This document shows, piece by piece, positions 59,112 to 64,000 of a DNA stretch of 64,000 bases. Location of the stretch: the NCBI GenBank assembly GCA_963827805.1, contig CAWHCC010000007.1:553664-617663 (forward strand). Reading direction: 5' to 3'. This DNA comes from an uncultured Chloroflexia bacterium (GTDB lineage Bacteria; Chloroflexota; Anaerolineae; Anaerolineales; UBA11858). A program made the position numbers and the translations under genes. The notes beneath the pieces are model-generated. The model did no database searches, was not told where the DNA came from, and was given only the letters and a program-made list of their open reading frames with translations. Every line of letters starts with the position of its first letter. Within the stretch, counting starts at the first letter, position 1.

Positions 59112-60033
59112 GCAACAAAAAAAACTGATCGTAATCCTCGGCCCAACGGCAGTTGGAAAAACTGAAACTTCGATCCAATTAGCTGAACGGTTGGATGGGG
59201 AAATTATCTCTGCTGATTTAAGACTTTTCTATCGAGGTATGGATATTGGGACCGCCAAGCCAACCGCTGAAGAGCAGGCTCGGGTTCCACATCACCTGAT
59301 CGATGTTGCCGACCCAGATCAAATCTGGAGTTTGGCAATGTTTCAACAAGCAGCTCATCAGATCATCACCGAAATTCATCGGCGCGGGCACCTCCCATTG
59401 CTTGTCGGGGGTACGGGTCAATATATTCGCGCAGTCACCGCAGAGTGGGAGATTCCAGAAGCCGCGCCTAGCCTTTTTTTACGGGAAGCCCTCGAAAAAT
59501 GGACCGTGGAAATCGGTCCGGAGGGGTTACATCGCCGTTTGGGGGTGCTGGATCCTGTTGCCGCGGATAATATCGATCCTCGAAATTTACGCCGCACAAT
59601 CCGGGCTTTGGAAGTGATCCTGCTCACTGGGAAACTCTTCTCAACCCAGAGAGCCCGCGGCCCCTCGCGCTACGACTTGCTGCAGCTTGGATTAACGCGC
59701 CCGCGTCCAGAATTATATGCGCGGGTTGATGAACGTATTCGGTTAATGTTGGAGGCTGGATTTTTGGATGAAGTGCAAGGTCTGCTGGATGCAGGTTATT
59801 CACCTGAGTTACCCTCACTTTCTGCCATCGGCTATCGTCAAATGATTGATTTCCTGCAAGGTGAATCTAATCTTGACGAAGCGGTAATGCTGATGAAGCG
59901 CATCACGCGTAAATTTGTGCGCCGGCAAGCCAATTGGTTTAAGCTGAATGATCCTGATATTCAATGGTTTCAAGCAAGACCAATTGCGGTTGAAGATATG
60001 GAGGTTGCGATTCGCGCATTTTTGAGATCATGA
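59092..60033 (+). CDS. miaA: tRNA dimethylallyltransferase
   Basis: P-loop GPTAVGKT, DIGTAKP and LVGGTGQY motifs. Confidence 0.9.
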   Translation: MRMPLPEQQKKLIVILGPTAVGKTETSIQLAERLDGEIISADLRLFYRGMDIGTAKPTAEEQARVPHHLIDVADPDQIWSLAMFQQAAHQIITEIHRRGHLPLLVGGTGQYIRAVTAEWEIPEAAPSLFLREALEKWTVEIGPEGLHRRLGVLDPVAADNIDPRNLRRTIRALEVILLTGKLFSTQRARGPSRYDLLQLGLTRPRPELYARVDERIRLMLEAGFLDEVQGLLDAGYSPELPSLSAIGYRQMIDFLQGESNLDEAVMLMKRITRKFVRRQANWFKLNDPDIQWFQARPIAVEDMEVAIRAFLRS

Positions 60034-60182
60034 AATTGAGAAATATGTAATATTTTTAATTGAATCAATTGACATTCGCACTCTAAGAATTTATACTATG
60101 TTTAGGTAAAAATTCGTCCACACTCAATTTAAGTATTTGACTCTTGGTTCTTTTCCCGTTCATTGTTCCAAAGGAGGAAAAA

Positions 60183-61865
60183 ATGAGTGACCACCCCTGG
60201 CTTGAAAGCTATGATGACGCAGTTCCGAAAACGTTGGAGTATCCAGAGGTACCGCTATATCACTTTTTGGAAGCTTCAGCACAGAAGTATCCAAATCAAC
60301 CCTGCACGATTTTCAAGGGAGCCAAAATCAGCTACCAAGAAATGGTCACACTTACGGATCGGCTGGCTGCCGGCTTGACCAGTCTCGGGATAAAGAAGGG
60401 GGATCGGGTTGGGTTGTTCATTCCCAATACACCGCAGTTCGTGATGGCATATTTTGCCGTGCTCAAGATTGGGGGCGTGGTTGTGGCTACGAACCCGCTT
60501 TACAGCGCTCATGAGATTGAACACCAGGCCAATGATTCGGGGATGGAAATTATGATTGTGATGAGCAATTTCTATAACCGGGTCAAAGAAGTGCAAGCTA
60601 AGACAAAAATTCGGCAGCTCGTTGTAACCAATATCAAAGAAACCCTGCCTCCAGTTTTGCGGTTTTTGTTTACTTTGACGAAAGAAAAGAAAAGCGGTTT
60701 TCGCATCGAACTTCAGGATGGGGATGTTTGGATGCAAGACCTGATTGACGCTTTCCAACCGGAAGATCGCCCTCAAGTAGAGGTCGGTCCCGACGATGTC
60801 GCGGTCTTCCAATATAGCGGCGGTACAACTGGGACTCCCAAAGCAGCGATCGCGATGCATCGGAACCTGGTTGCTAACACCTTGCAGATCAAGGCCTGGT
60901 TCCATGTTGCGGTTGAAGGCGAGGAAGTCGTTCTAATGTCAATCCCGCTATATCATGTTTATGGCATGGTTGCCGGGATGAATTTGGGGTTGGCGATTGG
61001 TGCTTCTCTTGTGATGATCCCCGATGCCCGTGATATCAAAGACACACTCGAAAATTTACAGAAATATAAGGCCACACTTTTCCCGGCCGTACCTACGCTG
61101 TACAATGCGATCAATAATTGGCCGGACGTGGTGGCTGGTAAATATGATCTCAGTTCTATCAAAGCCTGCATTTCTGGATCCGCAGCTTTAATGCGCGAAA
61201 CCAAAGAGCGTTTCGAGGCCCTGACAGGCGGCGTACTCTTTGAAGGTTTTGGACTCTCTGAAGCACCGACAGCCACACACTGCAATCCTATGGTTGGAGA
61301 AAATCGCATTGGCTCAATTGGCTTGCCCCTCCCAGATGTAGAAGCTCGTATCATCAGTTTGGATGATGAGGAAACTGTGCTTTCCCAGGGTGAAATCGGT
61401 GAGTTAGTCATCCGTGGACCACAAGTTTTTAAGGGTTATTTTGGTATGCCAACCGAGACAAAAAATACTTTGCGCGGCGAATGGCTTTACACTGGCGATA
61501 TTGCCCGGATGGATGAGCAGGGTTATTTCTATATTGTGGATCGCAAAAAAGAGTTAATCAAACCTGGCGGATTCCAGGTCTGGCCTCGTGAGGTAGAAGA
61601 AACCATTCAAGATCATCCCAAAGTTTTGGAGGTGGGCGTTGCTGGTATTCCCGATCCTTATCGAGGTGAATCAGTCAAAGCCTGGGTGGTGCTCAAACCG
61701 GGTGAGGAGCTAGAGGCTGATGATATTCGAGTTTGGTGCAAAGAACGGCTTGCCAAATACAAAGTTCCCACCGAAGTAGAGTTCCGTGGAGAACTGCCGA
61801 AAACCACCGTCGGAAAAATTCTTCGCCGTGAATTAGTGCGGGAGCATAAGGAAACAGCTGAATAA
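60183..61865 (+). CDS. long-chain fatty-acid--CoA ligase (AMP-binding family)
   Basis: ATG at 60183 with AAGGAGG upstream. AMP-binding signature YSGGTTGTPKAA and C-terminal PKTTVGKILRR. Confidence 0.85.
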   Translation: MSDHPWLESYDDAVPKTLEYPEVPLYHFLEASAQKYPNQPCTIFKGAKISYQEMVTLTDRLAAGLTSLGIKKGDRVGLFIPNTPQFVMAYFAVLKIGGVVVATNPLYSAHEIEHQANDSGMEIMIVMSNFYNRVKEVQAKTKIRQLVVTNIKETLPPVLRFLFTLTKEKKSGFRIELQDGDVWMQDLIDAFQPEDRPQVEVGPDDVAVFQYSGGTTGTPKAAIAMHRNLVANTLQIKAWFHVAVEGEEVVLMSIPLYHVYGMVAGMNLGLAIGASLVMIPDARDIKDTLENLQKYKATLFPAVPTLYNAINNWPDVVAGKYDLSSIKACISGSAALMRETKERFEALTGGVLFEGFGLSEAPTATHCNPMVGENRIGSIGLPLPDVEARIISLDDEETVLSQGEIGELVIRGPQVFKGYFGMPTETKNTLRGEWLYTGDIARMDEQGYFYIVDRKKELIKPGGFQVWPREVEETIQDHPKVLEVGVAGIPDPYRGESVKAWVVLKPGEELEADDIRVWCKERLAKYKVPTEVEFRGELPKTTVGKILRRELVREHKETAE

Positions 61866-61883
61866 AAAATGAACAGATAGTGA

Positions 61884-61921
61884 AAGTGTCCGCTGACTTA
61901 TTGAACCGGCGGACACTTTTT
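61884..61921 (+). terminator. intrinsic terminator
   Basis: AAGTGTCCGC / GCGGACACTT stem followed by T5. Confidence 0.7.
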
Positions 61922-62084
61922 GGTTAGGTTAAATTTTTCTGTACAATTTCAAAGCTGTGACACAAAAACACCTCATCAGAGAATTTTATGAATTTCAAAA
62001 TTGAATTTAGCAACCAAGACAAATTTATTGTGTTGTATTGAATGGGATTTTCTCATTCATTAACCGCATAAAATAGGAGTCATC

Positions 62085-64000
62085 ATGCTCAAGAAAATAG
62101 GCCGCTTTTTGCTCATCTTGACCTTAGTTCTGATTGTGGTTGGTGCAATTGCCGCGCTGACCGCACCTGCGATCACTCGTTACGTTGCGAAAAAATCCTT
62201 CCCCCAAATCGACGGTGAAATCCGACTTTCCGGGCTGGATGGCCCCGTGGATATCTATCGTGATTCCTTTGGTGTGCCCCACATCTATGCCACGAGCGAA
62301 CATGATCTGGTTTTTGCGCAGGGATACGTTCATGCTCAAGATCGTTTTTGGCAAATGGATTTTTGGCGGCATCAAGGATCAGGCCGCCTTTCTGAGTTGT
62401 TGGGAGAAAACACAGTTAGCACCGATAAATTTCTGCGGACGTTAGGATGGGAGCGTATTGCCGAGCAAGAGTTCGCCCGGATGGATCCTTCGATGCTGAT
62501 GATTCTTGAGGCTTATGCCGATGGAGTTAATGCCTACTTGGATGATCATCAGGCCTCTGCCCTCAGCTTGGAATATGCTTTTTTGCCACTGATCAACGCG
62601 GATTATGAACCTCGACCGTGGACTCCGATCAATACACTCACCTGGGCAAAAGCAATGGCATGGGAGTTGGGCAGCAGCAAACTCGATAATGAAATTACTT
62701 ATGCGAAACTGCTTCACGATCTTCCCCAAGAAAAGATTATTTTTCTTCATCCACCTTATCCATCAGATCATCCGGTGATCGTTACCAACCCCCATCTGAC
62801 CACTGATATTGGGGCGATACCACCAATTCAGCCTGCCTTGATGAGCGCGGTTTATCCTGCCCTACGGGAGGCCAGCCAACGAGTTACAGCGGCTGGAGCG
62901 TATCGTTCTGATGAAATCGGCTCCAACAATTGGGTTATTTCCGGAAGTCTAACTGAAAGCGGGTTACCTTTACTCGCCAACGATATGCATCTGGCTGCCC
63001 AAATGCCTTCGATCTGGTATGAGATTGGCCTGCATTGTGCTCCTGTGAATGCAGGATGTGGATTAGAGGTTACCGGTTTTTCTTTTGCTGGTACACCCGG
63101 AGTCATCGTAGGGCATAATGCTAATTTAGCCTGGGGATTTACGAACGTAGGACCCGATGTTGTTGATATTTATATCGAAAAAATTAACCCAAACAACCCC
63201 AATCAATATGAATTTAAAGGTGAATGGGTTGATATGGAAATAATCACCGAGGTCATTGAAGTTGCCGGTGCTGATCCAGTCGAACAAACTGTTCGCCTCA
63301 CTCGTCATGGACCATTGATCACCGAGGTGTACGGATTAGATGACTTTCACGAAATCACCGGAATTGATCTGCCGGAAAATTATGCCCTCGCCCTGCGTTG
63401 GACCGCGCTGGAACCGGCATGTGTGATGTGTGCTTTATGGGGTTTTGACACCGCTGAAAATTGGGATGAATTCCGAGCCGCGGCAGCTCAGTTTGCTGCT
63501 CCAGCCCAAAATATCGTTTACGCCGACAAACAGGGAAATATCGGTTATCAAACACCGGGTAATATCCCGATTCGAGCCGAGGGTCATAATGGACAGTACC
63601 CCGTGCCTGGCTGGACAGGCGAGTATGAATGGCAGCGCTATATTCCTTTTGAGGAACTGCCTTATGCCCATAATCCCGCAGAGGGATATATCGCCACGGC
63701 CAACAATGCTGTGGTCGGGACTGAGTATCCCTATATGATTTCCCAACAATTTGCCTACGGCTTCCGCGCTCGACGCATCGTCGATTTGATCGAGACTGCT
63801 CCTGGCCCGATTGATGCCGCATATATTCAGCAAATTCATGGTGATAATATGGATTTGCTGGCTGTCGAAATGGTGCCGATCTTGTTGGCAACTCCGCTCA
63901 ATGATGCCAAGCTTGCCGAAATTCGAGATTTGCTTCAGGGTTGGGATTACCAAATGCATATGGATTCTGCCCCCGCGGCTTTGTATGCTGCTTTTTGGAA
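62085..64000 (+). CDS. penicillin acylase-family (Ntn hydrolase S45) protein, 3'-truncated by the window end
   Basis: Absent from the ORF track because it has no stop in the window. I translated it codon by codon from the ATG at 62085 (AGGAG upstream) to nt 64000 and found no stop. N-terminal TM/signal sequence, FGVPHIYA, AQDRFWQMD, and the nucleophile motif GSNNWV at about 62919. Confidence 0.85.
   Translation, partial: MLKKIGRFLLILTLVLIVVGAIAALTAPAITRYVAKKSFPQIDGEIRLSGLDGPVDIYRDSFGVPHIYATSEHDLVFAQGYVHAQDRFWQMDFWRHQGSGRLSELLGENTVSTDKFLRTLGWERIAEQEFARMDPSMLMILEAYADGVNAYLDDHQASALSLEYAFLPLINADYEPRPWTPINTLTWAKAMAWELGSSKLDNEITYAKLLHDLPQEKIIFLHPPYPSDHPVIVTNPHLTTDIGAIPPIQPALMSAVYPALREASQRVTAAGAYRSDEIGSNNWVISGSLTESGLPLLANDMHLAAQMPSIWYEIGLHCAPVNAGCGLEVTGFSFAGTPGVIVGHNANLAWGFTNVGPDVVDIYIEKINPNNPNQYEFKGEWVDMEIITEVIEVAGADPVEQTVRLTRHGPLITEVYGLDDFHEITGIDLPENYALALRWTALEPACVMCALWGFDTAENWDEFRAAAAQFAAPAQNIVYADKQGNIGYQTPGNIPIRAEGHNGQYPVPGWTGEYEWQRYIPFEELPYAHNPAEGYIATANNAVVGTEYPYMISQQFAYGFRARRIVDLIETAPGPIDAAYIQQIHGDNMDLLAVEMVPILLATPLNDAKLAEIRDLLQGWDYQMHMDSAPAALYAAFW

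Overview
This window looks like a chromosomal segment of an anaerobic, monoderm-type bacterium. The evidence is many lipobox lipoproteins, a tungsten-dependent aldehyde:ferredoxin oxidoreductase (AOR), and cohesin, dockerin and Pro/Thr-linker proteins. I suspect Chloroflexi or an Anaerolineae-like organism, but I cannot confirm that from sequence alone. Main blocks: (1) 1-11.3 kb is a tungsten island. It holds aor, a radical-SAM/SPASM maturase, MoaD, a periplasmic-binding-domain regulator, wtpAB, tupABC and unusual lipoproteins. (2) 12.3-23.6 kb encodes secreted cohesin, dockerin and PD40-repeat proteins, a response regulator with an HD-GYP domain, and a pullulanase. (3) 24.8-26.7 kb holds glnA behind a promoter, a long structured leader and a terminator. 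(4) 27-31.6 kb holds a large unknown protein translationally coupled to a Ser/Thr kinase, followed by moxR. (5) 32-40.3 kb holds USP, membrane-protein, TetR, EamA, phosphorylase-like and xanthine-dehydrogenase-like genes. (6) 40.39-53.15 kb is a 12.5-kb integrated element flanked by 109-bp direct repeats that duplicate a whole tRNA(CAU). It carries an integrase, a primase-polymerase and repeated promoter motifs, but no recognisable virion genes. (7) 53.5-64 kb is housekeeping: an MBL hydrolase, an IS982-family insertion, plsY, a GT4 glycosyltransferase, yraN, miaA, an acyl-CoA ligase and a 3'-truncated penicillin-acylase-family gene that the ORF track omits. About 23 genes are broken by single-base frameshifts or in-frame stops. 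This is either a sequencing artefact or real gene decay. I found no CRISPR array, rRNA gene or known defence system. The most novel-looking items are the glnA leader, the tungsten-operon lipoproteins and the satellite-like element.
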